A DNA stretch of 64,000 bases, taken from contig OZ242214.1 in the NCBI GenBank assembly GCA_965206595.1, positions 4,608,001 to 4,672,000 on the forward strand, in the 5' to 3' direction. The notes beneath the pieces were generated by a model. That model had not been told where the DNA came from. It saw nothing but the letters and a program-made list of their open reading frames with translations, and made no database searches. The first letter of the stretch is position 1. Each line of letters begins with the position of its first letter. Position numbers and translations under genes: made by a program. The stretch is from Candidatus Latescibacterota bacterium. GTDB taxonomy: Bacteria; Latescibacterota; UBA2968; UBA8231. Positions 10,007-18,441 of the stretch are shown piece by piece.

Positions 10007-11734
10007 ATGAACGTCCTGGTGATCGTGATTCTCGGGTTTGCCGTCTTCGCCCTGGCCAGCCGCTACTACGGAGGCTGGGTGGCTCGCAAGGTCGGCGTCG
10101 ACCCGGCAAATCCGACCCCGGCGCAGCAGATCAACGACGGCCGCGACTACGTGCCGACGCGCATCTCCGTCGTCTTCGCCCATCACTTCTCCAGCATCGC
10201 CGGCGCGGGGCCGATCGTCGGGCCGACCCTGGCGGCGATCTACGGATTCGTGCCGGCGGTGATGTGGGTCGTCCTCGGGGGCATCTTCATCGGCGCCGTG
10301 CACGACTTCACGGCGCTGTTCGCCAGCATGCGCGAGGGCGGCAAGTCGATGGCGGAGATCGCCCACAAGTCGATGGGGCGGGCCGGCTTCACGCTGTTCC
10401 TGCTGTTCACCATCGTCATGATCGTGCTGATCACCGCGGTCTTCCTCAAGCTGACCGCGAAGGCGCTGGCGTCGCTGTGGCCGCTGGAAAAGCTCGGCCT
10501 CGACAGCGCCCAGACGCTGCTGCGGACCGAGGTGCAGGACGGCGTGATGATGGGTCACATCGGCGGCATCGCCTCGACCTCGGTCATCGTCGTCACGGCG
10601 CTGGCCCCGGTCCTCGGCTACCTGCTCTACCGCCGCGGCATCCGCACCGGCATCGCCTACCTGCTCGGCGCCGGGCTCTGCGCCGGGTCGATCCTCGTCG
10701 GCCTCAGCCACCCTCTGGCCATCTCTCCGGAGACGTGGATGGTGATCATCTCGGTGTACGTGATGTTCGCCGCCGGCGCCCCGGTCTGGGTGATCCTGCA
10801 GCCGCGCGACTTCATCAACTCGCAGATCCTCTACGGCGGCATGGCGCTGATGTTCTTCGCGCTGCTGAGCGGCGGTTTGGGCGGGCTTTCCGTCACTTTT
10901 CCCGCGTTCAACTTCAGCGAGGGGATCGAGCACCTCGGGCTGATCTGGCCGATGATGTTCGTGACCATCGCCTGCGGGGCGATATCCGGTTTTCACTGCC
11001 TGGTGTCGTCGGGCACGACCTGCAAGCAGTGCAGCAGCGAGCAGGACGCCAAGCGGATCGGCTTCGACGGCATGCTCCTCGAGTGCATCCTGGCGCTGTT
11101 CGTGCTGCTGGCGATCGGCAGCGCCCTCGGCTTCGAGGATTACAAGGCCGTGGTCTGGAACGAGAGCAACCCGGTGCTCGGGTTCGCCCTGGCCGCGGGC
11201 AAGCTCGCCAACAGCGGGCTCGGATTCATCCCGGTGGCTCTCGGGACGGTGTTCGGCGTCCTGATGCTGGAGGGGTTCCTGGTGACGACCCTCGACTCGG
11301 CGGTGCGCCTGAACCGCTACCTGTTCGAGGAGCTGTGGGACCTGCTGTTCGAGACCCCGCCGGCGTTCATGAAGAAGTACTGGTTCAACGCCGGACTGTC
11401 AGTGGCGCTGATGTGGATTCTCGCCGGATCGAACGCCGCCACCGCGATCTGGCCGGTGTTCGGGAGCAGCAATCAGCTGCTGGCGGCCCTCGCCCTGATC
11501 GTGGTCAGCACCTGGCTGTTGAACCGCGGCACCCTGCCGTGGTTCACGTTGATCCCGGCGGCGTTCATGATGGCGACCACCCTGTACTCGCTGGTGCTGC
11601 TGATGCAGAAGCACATCCCCGCGGGGAACTACCTGCTGGTCGGCGCCGAGGTCGTGCTCTTCGTGCTCGCCCTCGGGGTTATCGGTATCGCGATCCGGAC
11701 CCATGTCGGCGCTCGCAGGCTCGCAACGAATTGA
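10007..11734 (+). CDS. cstA: Carbon starvation protein A family transporter
   Basis: PTPA..INDGRDYVPT, HHFSSIAGAGPIVGP, GAVHDF, LQPRD, TIACGAISGFH, TTLDSAVRL, WPVFGSSNQLLA. Confidence 0.93.
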   Translation: MNVLVIVILGFAVFALASRYYGGWVARKVGVDPANPTPAQQINDGRDYVPTRISVVFAHHFSSIAGAGPIVGPTLAAIYGFVPAVMWVVLGGIFIGAVHDFTALFASMREGGKSMAEIAHKSMGRAGFTLFLLFTIVMIVLITAVFLKLTAKALASLWPLEKLGLDSAQTLLRTEVQDGVMMGHIGGIASTSVIVVTALAPVLGYLLYRRGIRTGIAYLLGAGLCAGSILVGLSHPLAISPETWMVIISVYVMFAAGAPVWVILQPRDFINSQILYGGMALMFFALLSGGLGGLSVTFPAFNFSEGIEHLGLIWPMMFVTIACGAISGFHCLVSSGTTCKQCSSEQDAKRIGFDGMLLECILALFVLLAIGSALGFEDYKAVVWNESNPVLGFALAAGKLANSGLGFIPVALGTVFGVLMLEGFLVTTLDSAVRLNRYLFEELWDLLFETPPAFMKKYWFNAGLSVALMWILAGSNAATAIWPVFGSSNQLLAALALIVVSTWLLNRGTLPWFTLIPAAFMMATTLYSLVLLMQKHIPAGNYLLVGAEVVLFVLALGVIGIAIRTHVGARRLATN

Positions 11735-11778
11735 GCGGTACGTCAGCGCCTGGGATGGGGATACAGCCGGCGTCCGGC

Positions 11779-12300
11779 TCAGCTTTCGAGGAGCCTCGGC
11801 ATCAACTCGACGAGGTTGCACGGGTGGGTGCGGCTGTCGAGCTGCTCCGATATAATGCGGTCCCAGCCGGTGGCGCAGGCCCCCCTCGACCCGGGAAGGC
11901 AGAAGATGTAGGTGCCGTTGGCGACGCCGGCGATGGCCCGCGACTGGATCGTCGACGGTCCGATCTCCTCGTACGACAGCACGCGGAAGACCTCCCCGAA
12001 CCCCTCGATCTGCTTGTCGAGCAGGGGGACGACGGCTTCCGGGGTGCCGTCGCGGCCGGTCAGGCCGGTGCCGCCGGTGGTGATGACGACGTCGACCTCC
12101 CTGTCGCAGATCCAGCGCGAAACCGCGGCGCGGATCTCGTAGATGTCGTCCGGCAGGATCAGCTTCTCCGCGAGGCGGTGGCCCGCGGCTTCGAGGCGAT
12201 CCACCAGCAGTTTCCCCGATTTGTCCTGCACTTCGTCGCGGGTGTCGGATACGGTCAGCACCGCCAGCCGCAGCGCTACCGGTTTCTCATTGTCACTCAT
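11779..12300 (-). CDS. moaB: Molybdenum cofactor biosynthesis protein B
   Basis: AVLTVSDTR..DKSG, TTGGTGLTGRDGTPEA, IQSRA, CLPGS, HPCNLVE. Confidence 0.93.
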   Translation of the reverse strand: MSDNEKPVALRLAVLTVSDTRDEVQDKSGKLLVDRLEAAGHRLAEKLILPDDIYEIRAAVSRWICDREVDVVITTGGTGLTGRDGTPEAVVPLLDKQIEGFGEVFRVLSYEEIGPSTIQSRAIAGVANGTYIFCLPGSRGACATGWDRIISEQLDSRTHPCNLVELMPRLLES

Positions 12301-13160
12301 CAGTCTGCAATCTCCTTCAGTCGGATTTCGAACAGCCAGGGCCACAGCTTTCCGGTGACGAACAGGCGGCCGTTGGCCTCGTCCCAGGCGATGCCGTTGA
12401 GGACGTCGGCCGCGGCCTTCTCGGCGGCCGGCAGCAGGCCTTCGAGGTCGATCCAGCCCGTCACTTCGCCGGTGGCAGGATCGATGCGGGCTACCAGATC
12501 GGTTCGCCAGACATTGGCGAAGATCTCCCCGCCGACGAACTCGAGCTCGTTGAGGTCGCCGACCCGGCGGCCGTCGCCGGTCACCTCGAGACGGCCGGTC
12601 TCGGCGAAGGTTTCGCTGTCGCGAAAGCGCAGCACCGGGGTGCCGTCACTGGCGATGAAGCGCTCTCCATCGTGGGTCAGCCCCCACCCCTCGGTTTCGT
12701 AGCGGAACGTCGAGAGCAGCTCGAAGCTGTCGCGGTCGTAGCGGAAGCCGACCCGCTCGCGGTAGGTGAGCTGAAAGATGCGGTTGCCGGCCAGGGCCAT
12801 CCCCTCGCCGAAGAACTCCTGGTCGAGGTCGCGGCGGCGCAGGACCTTCCCGGTGGTCAGTTCGACCTTGCGCAGCGAGGAGCGGCCGTGCAGGCCGGTG
12901 CTCTCGTACAGGAAACCGCCGTCGTAGAACAGCCCCTGCGTGAAAGCCTCGGGGTCGTGGGGATAGGTGTTGACGATTTCGTAGGTGAACCTGGGAATCC
13001 CCGCGGTTGGGGCGCTGCCGCCGCGGGATTCGCTGCCGGCCTGGCCGTTGACGGAATCGGAAGAGGCGCAGGAGGCCAGCAACAGAAGGCAGGCGATTCC
13101 GGCGCGCGCCAGCGGTCCAGGCCGCGGGTGAAGGTCTGTTTCGCACCGGAGCTGCATCAT
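12300..13160 (-). CDS. Glutaminyl-peptide cyclotransferase (beta-propeller QC), probable lipoprotein
   Basis: Lipobox LLLASC; YPHDPEAFTQGL, ESTGLHG, FGEG, EGWGLT, LNELE, VLNGIAWD, VTGKLWP. Confidence 0.92.
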   Translation of the reverse strand: MMQLRCETDLHPRPGPLARAGIACLLLLASCASSDSVNGQAGSESRGGSAPTAGIPRFTYEIVNTYPHDPEAFTQGLFYDGGFLYESTGLHGRSSLRKVELTTGKVLRRRDLDQEFFGEGMALAGNRIFQLTYRERVGFRYDRDSFELLSTFRYETEGWGLTHDGERFIASDGTPVLRFRDSETFAETGRLEVTGDGRRVGDLNELEFVGGEIFANVWRTDLVARIDPATGEVTGWIDLEGLLPAAEKAAADVLNGIAWDEANGRLFVTGKLWPWLFEIRLKEIAD

Positions 13161-13298
13161 CGCATCGGTTCGGAACGTAACGGTTGCCCCGGGCTCTGTC
13201 GAGAGCCTGAACTGCCCCCGCCCGCCGCCCGCCGGACGGTACGGTACGGGCATTCGAGACCGCGGATGCGAACCTCCAAGTCCTTCCTGGGCGCCTTT

Positions 13299-13550
13299 TC
13301 AAGAATTACGGCTGCGCATCGATTTGCGGCGGCTGCGGTTTGGGAGCCTCGGATTTCTGTGCGGCTCGGGATCGGGTCCTATTCGCCTGACCGGGGGGGC
13401 GCCGTCCTCATCCTTCCCGAAACAAACGTCGCAGATGACCTTGCGCCCATCAGGCGCATCCATCACGAAATACATCACCTCGCCCTTTTCAACGGGTGCA
13501 TTGCAGCTGCGACAGGTCCCTCGGTACTTGGCGACCGTGCGTTTTATCAT
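13299..13550 (-). CDS. Small CxxC...CxxC zinc-ribbon protein
   Basis: AKYRGTCRSC...GE...ICDVCF; strong GGAGGGGGGAG RBS upstream. Confidence 0.65.
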   Translation of the reverse strand: MIKRTVAKYRGTCRSCNAPVEKGEVMYFVMDAPDGRKVICDVCFGKDEDGAPPVRRIGPDPEPHRNPRLPNRSRRKSMRSRNS

Positions 13551-13802
13551 CGCGGCTCCCCCCTCCGGGGTTCAAGCGCATTTCTGCGCGTTTTGTTATT
13601 GATGATGAAACTTTAGTGAACCAAAGAAATTCGCTAGTTGCAGCAAAAGGAACAGACAGGCCCCAAGGCAGCCCGGCAGCCGCTGGGAAGAGACTCCGGA
13701 TAACCCCGGGAAGGGGGGCAGCCGCGCCTCGCACAGGCGGGCAATCCAACGAGCAGGGGCCGCCAACCCGCCGCCTACGCCCATTATAAGAAAGGCACCA
13801 GG

Positions 13803-15143
13803 ATGATCGACTGGAATTCAGTGAAAGACGAAGTCACCGGTTACCTGCAGGACCTGCTGCGCATCGACACCACCAACCCGCCCGGCAACGAGACCGAGGC
13901 CGCCGAGTACATCGCCGGCGTCCTGCGGCGGGAGGGGTTTCAGCCGCTGATCACCGAGTCGGCGCCGGGCAGGGGAAACGTCACCACCCGCCTCGACACC
14001 GGGGGCGCGGAATCGCCGCTGCTTCTGCTCGGCCACACCGACGTGGTCGCCGCCGAGCCGGACAAGTGGACGCGCGATCCTTTCGGCGGCGATCTCCACG
14101 ACGGCTGCATCTGGGGGCGCGGCGCCCTCGACATGAAGAACATGGTGGCCGCCGAGCTGATGGTGATGCTCCTGCTCAAACGGCAGGGGATGGCGCTCAA
14201 GCGCCCGGTGATGTTCGCCGCCACCGCGGACGAGGAGGCCGGCAAAGGCAACCACGGTCCCGGCTGGCTGCTGGACAATCACCCCGAACAGATAGAGGCC
14301 CCGGTCGTGCTGACCGAAGCAGGAGGCCACGACCTGAGCGTGGGGGCGCACCGGTACTATACCTGCTGCGTCGGCCAGAAGGGGATCTGCCGCCTGCGCG
14401 CCACCGCCCGGGGGCGCCCCGGGCACGGCTCGCGGCCCCACGACGACAACGCCATCGTCAAGCTGTGCGCGGCCCTGGGCAAGCTCGAGGGAGGGAACTT
14501 TCCCCTGCATCCGTCGAGGACGCTGAGGGCATATCTCGAAGGGATTGCCAAATGCCAGCCGCCGGAGCTGGCCGGCAGTCTCCGCGCCGTCCTCGACCCG
14601 GCCAGTTCGGATAGTGCCCTCGCCTCACTGCCGCTGGCCGACGACTTCAAGGCGGAGCTGCGCTCCCTGCTGCGCAACACCGCGTCGGCGACCATGCTCA
14701 GCGCCGGCAGCAAGATCAACGTGATTCCGTCCGAGGCCAGCGCGGCCATCGACGGGCGGCTGGCCCCCGGACAGACGAAGGAGTCGTTCCTCGCCGAGCT
14801 GCGCGGGCAGATCGGCGACGAGCTCGAGATCGAAGTGGACCAGTACAGCCCGCCCCTGGAGGCGGATGCGGCCGGGGAGTTCTACGGGGTCATCGAGGAG
14901 GTGATGGCGCGCCACGATCCCGGGGTGCCGGTGGTGCCGTCGCTGACGACCGGGGGGACCGACGCCAAGCACATCTGCCCGCGGCGGCCCGGGACGCAGG
15001 TGTACGGGTTCATGCCCTACCGCCAGCAGCCGGGGCTCGAGGAGATGCAGCTGATCCACGGGCACGATGAGCGCACCACGGTGGAGAACCTGCTGTTCGC
15101 GACCCGGGTGATCTACGACATCGTCGTGGCGTATGCTGCTTGA
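13803..15143 (+). CDS. M20/M25/M40 family metallo-hydrolase
   Basis: TTNPPGNE, LGHTDVV, WGRGALDMK, ADEEAG, GHGS, GGTDAK, IHGHDER. Confidence 0.92.
   Translation: MIDWNSVKDEVTGYLQDLLRIDTTNPPGNETEAAEYIAGVLRREGFQPLITESAPGRGNVTTRLDTGGAESPLLLLGHTDVVAAEPDKWTRDPFGGDLHDGCIWGRGALDMKNMVAAELMVMLLLKRQGMALKRPVMFAATADEEAGKGNHGPGWLLDNHPEQIEAPVVLTEAGGHDLSVGAHRYYTCCVGQKGICRLRATARGRPGHGSRPHDDNAIVKLCAALGKLEGGNFPLHPSRTLRAYLEGIAKCQPPELAGSLRAVLDPASSDSALASLPLADDFKAELRSLLRNTASATMLSAGSKINVIPSEASAAIDGRLAPGQTKESFLAELRGQIGDELEIEVDQYSPPLEADAAGEFYGVIEEVMARHDPGVPVVPSLTTGGTDAKHICPRRPGTQVYGFMPYRQQPGLEEMQLIHGHDERTTVENLLFATRVIYDIVVAYAA
14891..15143 (+). repeat. Left copy of ~250-bp direct repeat (3' end of M20 gene; attL-like)
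   Basis: Near-identical to 18108-18361. Confidence 0.92.
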
Positions 15144-15239
15144 GGGCGGGTTTGGGCGAGCGACCGACCGGAATGCGCTATCCTTGCAGATGGAGAGCAT
15201 TCGCCGTTGTCGCGTTATCCTGCACAGGAGACAGGCAGA

Positions 15240-15269
15240 TTGACATCCGGAATAGTGGTGATATACATT
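15240..15269 (+). promoter_or_regulatory. Sigma70-type promoter for the DUF5131-HD cassette
   Basis: TTGACA (15240-15245), then TGnTATACA or TACATT -10 candidates at 16-18 bp spacing. Confidence 0.55.
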
Positions 15270-15309
15270 TGTGCACGCATGCTGACACTTGGTAGGAGCT
15301 AACCCCCTG

Positions 15310-16200
15310 ATGGCTCGCAAAAGCACCATCGAGTGGACCAACAGCACCTGGAACCCGGTCACCGGCTGCACGAAGGTCAGTGCCGGTTGCGACCATTGCT
15401 ATGCCGAGCGCTTCTCCGAACGCTTTCGCGGCGTCAAAGGGCACCCCTTCGAGTCCGGCTTCGATCTGACCCTGCGCCCGGAGCGTATCGAGCAACCCGC
15501 GCACTGGCGGCGACCGCAGCTCATCTTCGTCAACTCGATGAGCGACCTCTTCCACAAGAACATTCCCACCGAGTACATCCACCGCGTATTCGACACGATG
15601 GAGCGTGCGGATTGGCACATTTACCAGGTTCTCACAAAACGCAGTTCGCTGATGCGCCGTTTCGTCCAGGGGCGTTATCGTGACGGAAAGGCACCACCGC
15701 ATATCTGGCTGGGAGTTTCCATCGAGAACGCCGCCGCCTTGACGCGACTCCGGCACCTGAAACAGACCAATGCCTCAGTGCGCTTCGTTTCCTTCGAGCC
15801 CCTGCTTGGCCCGCCGGGAGTGGTAGACCTTGAGGATATTCACTGGGTAATCGCGGGAGGCGAGAGCGGCCCGGGAGCGCGTCCGATGGAGGTCGAGTGG
15901 GTACGCGAATTGCGCGACCAGTGCCTGGGCCAGGGGGTCGCGTTTTTCTTCAAGCAATGGGGCGGGCGCACACCCAAAGCGGGCGGGAACAGGCTGGATG
16001 GCCGGCAGTGGCTGGAGTATCCGGACAGGCAGCGTCCTCGAAGCGATCGAAGATTTCCTCGCGGAGGGGCCTTGAGCTCTACTGCTCTTGCAAACCCCGC
16101 CAAAACCAACGTGGTTCACGCCCCGAAAGAAGTTCGAGCTTCGGGCGTACTGACCACCGCTCGAAACGTGAAGCATGAAGCTTTCCAAAAGGGGAGCTAA
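15310..16200 (+). CDS. DUF5131 / phage Gp37-Gp68 family three-Cys (radical-SAM-like) protein
   Basis: STIEWTNSTWNPVTGCTKVSAGCDHCYAE, FVNSMSDLFH, QVLTKR, WLGVSIE, SFEPLL, WVIAGGESGPGARPM, FFKQWGG. Confidence 0.93.
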   Translation: MARKSTIEWTNSTWNPVTGCTKVSAGCDHCYAERFSERFRGVKGHPFESGFDLTLRPERIEQPAHWRRPQLIFVNSMSDLFHKNIPTEYIHRVFDTMERADWHIYQVLTKRSSLMRRFVQGRYRDGKAPPHIWLGVSIENAAALTRLRHLKQTNASVRFVSFEPLLGPPGVVDLEDIHWVIAGGESGPGARPMEVEWVRELRDQCLGQGVAFFFKQWGGRTPKAGGNRLDGRQWLEYPDRQRPRSDRRFPRGGALSSTALANPAKTNVVHAPKEVRASGVLTTARNVKHEAFQKGS

Positions 16201-16203
16201 GGC

Positions 16204-17535
16204 GTGGCAAAGAACGTCCACGAAATCAGGGATCCCATTCATGTTTTCGTCCGCCTCGACAACTACGAACGCGAGGTGTTGGACTCACGTCCATTCCAGA
16301 GGTTGCGTCATATCCACCAACTTGCATTGACATATCTTGTTTACCCAGGAGCGACACACAAACGTTTCGAGCATTCTCTCGGTGTAATGGAACTGGCGAG
16401 CAGGGTTTTTGATGTCGTCACCAATTCCGCAAACGTAACCGATGAGATCCGAAACCATTTGAGTCAATTGGATAAACGCGATGATTTAAGTTATTGGAGA
16501 AGGGTCTTGCGAATGGCGGCCCTATGCCACGACATGGGTCACCTCCCATTCTCTCATTCGGCCGAAGAACTATTGCCGGATGGTTGGGACCATGAAAGGC
16601 TCACTCGAGAAATCATCACCAGCGACGAGATGGCATCAATTTGGAAGCAGGTAACCCCACCTCTTCGACAAGATGACATTATAAAACTTGCCGTAGGGCC
16701 AAAGAAAGCGGCGGATCTCAAGTTTTCATACTGGGAAGCGATTCTTTCGGAAATTATAGTTGGCGATGCTTTCGGGGTGGATAGAATGGACTACCTGCTG
16801 CGCGATTCTCATCACACCGGAGTCGCTTACGGGAAGTTCGACCACTATCGCTTGATCGATACTTTGCGCATTCTTCCGACACCCCCTTCGGGTGAAGAGG
16901 ACGATTCAGAAGAGCCCGCGCTCGGCGTTGAAGAGGGCGGTATTCAGTCGGCCGAAGCGTTAATGCTTGCACGTTACTTTATGTATTCGCAAGTCTATTT
17001 TCATCATATTCGGCGAATTTACGATATCCACTTAATTGATTTTCTAAAGGAGTGGCTTTCCAAGGGTGCCTTTCCGACGGATCTGCCGCCACACCTGTGC
17101 ATGACAGATAACGAAGTGACCGCTGGGTTGCTGAAAGCTGCTTTCGAGAAAAACGAACAAGGTCATCTACACGCTGGCCGTATTGTCAACAGAGGACATT
17201 TCAAACTTATTTACGAGCGAAACCCAAAGGATATCAAAGTCAATCCGGAGGCTGGAAAAGCGGTTTATAAAGCCCTGAGCGCCAAGTACGGAGCCGAGAA
17301 CTTTCGACACGATCGGTATCGTCAGGATAGTGGAGTACCGAATTTTCCAGTGCGCATGCGTGACGACCAGATCGTTTCCTCTTTGGGGCTATCGGAGGCT
17401 TTAAACCAGGTGCCTATGGTCTCAGTTGACTATGTATTCGCCGAACGAGAGCGGTACTGGGAAGTAAACAAATGGCTGAAAAAGAATCGAGAGGAAATCA
17501 TTAAACCGGTAGAAGAGGAGAAAGATGATGGATAG
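16204..17535 (+). CDS. HD-domain phosphohydrolase, SAMHD1/YwfO/EF1143-like dNTP triphosphohydrolase family
   Basis: IRDPIH, FQRLRHIHQL..VYPGATHKRFEHSLG, AALCHDMGHLPFSH, HE, DRMDYLLRDS, RYFMYSQVYFH. Confidence 0.9.
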   Translation: MAKNVHEIRDPIHVFVRLDNYEREVLDSRPFQRLRHIHQLALTYLVYPGATHKRFEHSLGVMELASRVFDVVTNSANVTDEIRNHLSQLDKRDDLSYWRRVLRMAALCHDMGHLPFSHSAEELLPDGWDHERLTREIITSDEMASIWKQVTPPLRQDDIIKLAVGPKKAADLKFSYWEAILSEIIVGDAFGVDRMDYLLRDSHHTGVAYGKFDHYRLIDTLRILPTPPSGEEDDSEEPALGVEEGGIQSAEALMLARYFMYSQVYFHHIRRIYDIHLIDFLKEWLSKGAFPTDLPPHLCMTDNEVTAGLLKAAFEKNEQGHLHAGRIVNRGHFKLIYERNPKDIKVNPEAGKAVYKALSAKYGAENFRHDRYRQDSGVPNFPVRMRDDQIVSSLGLSEALNQVPMVSVDYVFAERERYWEVNKWLKKNREEIIKPVEEEKDDG

Positions 17536-18085
17536 ACTCAGGAGGGCGGCACTGGTTACGCGTCTAATTGAACTGTTACGTGAGCAGGGTAGTTGGTGCG
17601 GAGAAACCCACATCCAGAAATCCACCCTTTTCGTCCAGGATTTGATGCAGGTCCCGCTGGGCTTCGATTTCATTCTGTACAAACACGGACCGTTTTCGTT
17701 CGATTTGAGGGACGAACTTACAGGCTATCGTGCCGATGGGTTGATTCGGCTGGAACCGCAATGGTCTTATGGACCCAGGATCACTCCCACCGATCGCAGT
17801 AAGTACATTCAGAGCATCAGCTCGAAGACCTTGGCGAAGTACGGCGACCGCGTCGCCTTCGTGGCCAATAAGGTCGGTGCCAAAAGTGTAACCGAGCTCG
17901 AAAGGTTGGCTACAGCGTTTTTCCTCAAACAACGCGCGGAGGCTGACGTTTCAGTCGACGATAGGTCCAGGCAGCTGACAGAACTCAAGCCCCACATCCT
18001 GCTTGAAAGCGCCAAAGCTGCTGTTGAAGAGGTCGACCGGATTATTGAAGAGGCTCACGCACACTGCGCAGAAGCTGGTGGATGA
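17525..18085 (+). CDS. YwgA/Panacea(DUF4065)-like winged-helix protein
   Basis: GETHIQKSTLF...FDFILYKHGPFSFDLRDEL...LERLATAFF pattern; overlaps the HD stop codon. Confidence 0.7.
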   Translation: MMDRLRRAALVTRLIELLREQGSWCGETHIQKSTLFVQDLMQVPLGFDFILYKHGPFSFDLRDELTGYRADGLIRLEPQWSYGPRITPTDRSKYIQSISSKTLAKYGDRVAFVANKVGAKSVTELERLATAFFLKQRAEADVSVDDRSRQLTELKPHILLESAKAAVEEVDRIIEEAHAHCAEAGG

Positions 18086-18107
18086 CTCCATCCACTAACC
18101 GCCTCAG

Positions 18108-18361
18108 CATCGAGTGATGGCGCGTCACGATCCCGGGTGCCGGTGGTGCCGTCGCTGACGACCGGGGGGACCGACGCCAAGCACATCTGCCAGCGGCGGC
18201 CCGGGACGCAGGTGTACGGGTTCATGCCCAACCGCCAGCAGCCGGAGCTCGAGGAGATGCAGCTGATCCACGGGCACGACGAGCGCACCAAGGTGAAGAA
18301 CCTGCTGTTCGCGACCCGCGTGATCTGGATCTGGGACATCGTGGTGGCGTATGGTGCGTGA
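18108..18361 (+). pseudogene. Degenerate duplicate of the M20 peptidase 3' end (right direct repeat, attR-like)
   Basis: Encodes PVVPSLTTGGTDAKHIC...IHGHDER; has a 1-bp deletion, a 6-bp duplication (ATCTGGATCTGG) and substitutions relative to 14891-15143. Confidence 0.9.
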
Positions 18362-18441
18362 TGGTCAGGCAGTCGCCGAACCTGGCACTCGAAAATGGGG
18401 GGCGGACCGGTTATCCGGGACAGGGATCAACGTCGAAAACG

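Noticed and set aside
9829-12702. 957-aa ORF and many other long overlapping/antisense ORFs in the track
   Set aside because: Shadow frames of real genes in high-GC DNA; Arg/Pro/Gly-rich with no motifs
13660-13720. CCGCTGGGAAG resembling a cobalamin riboswitch segment
   Set aside because: The B12 box and other conserved elements are absent, and the downstream gene is unrelated
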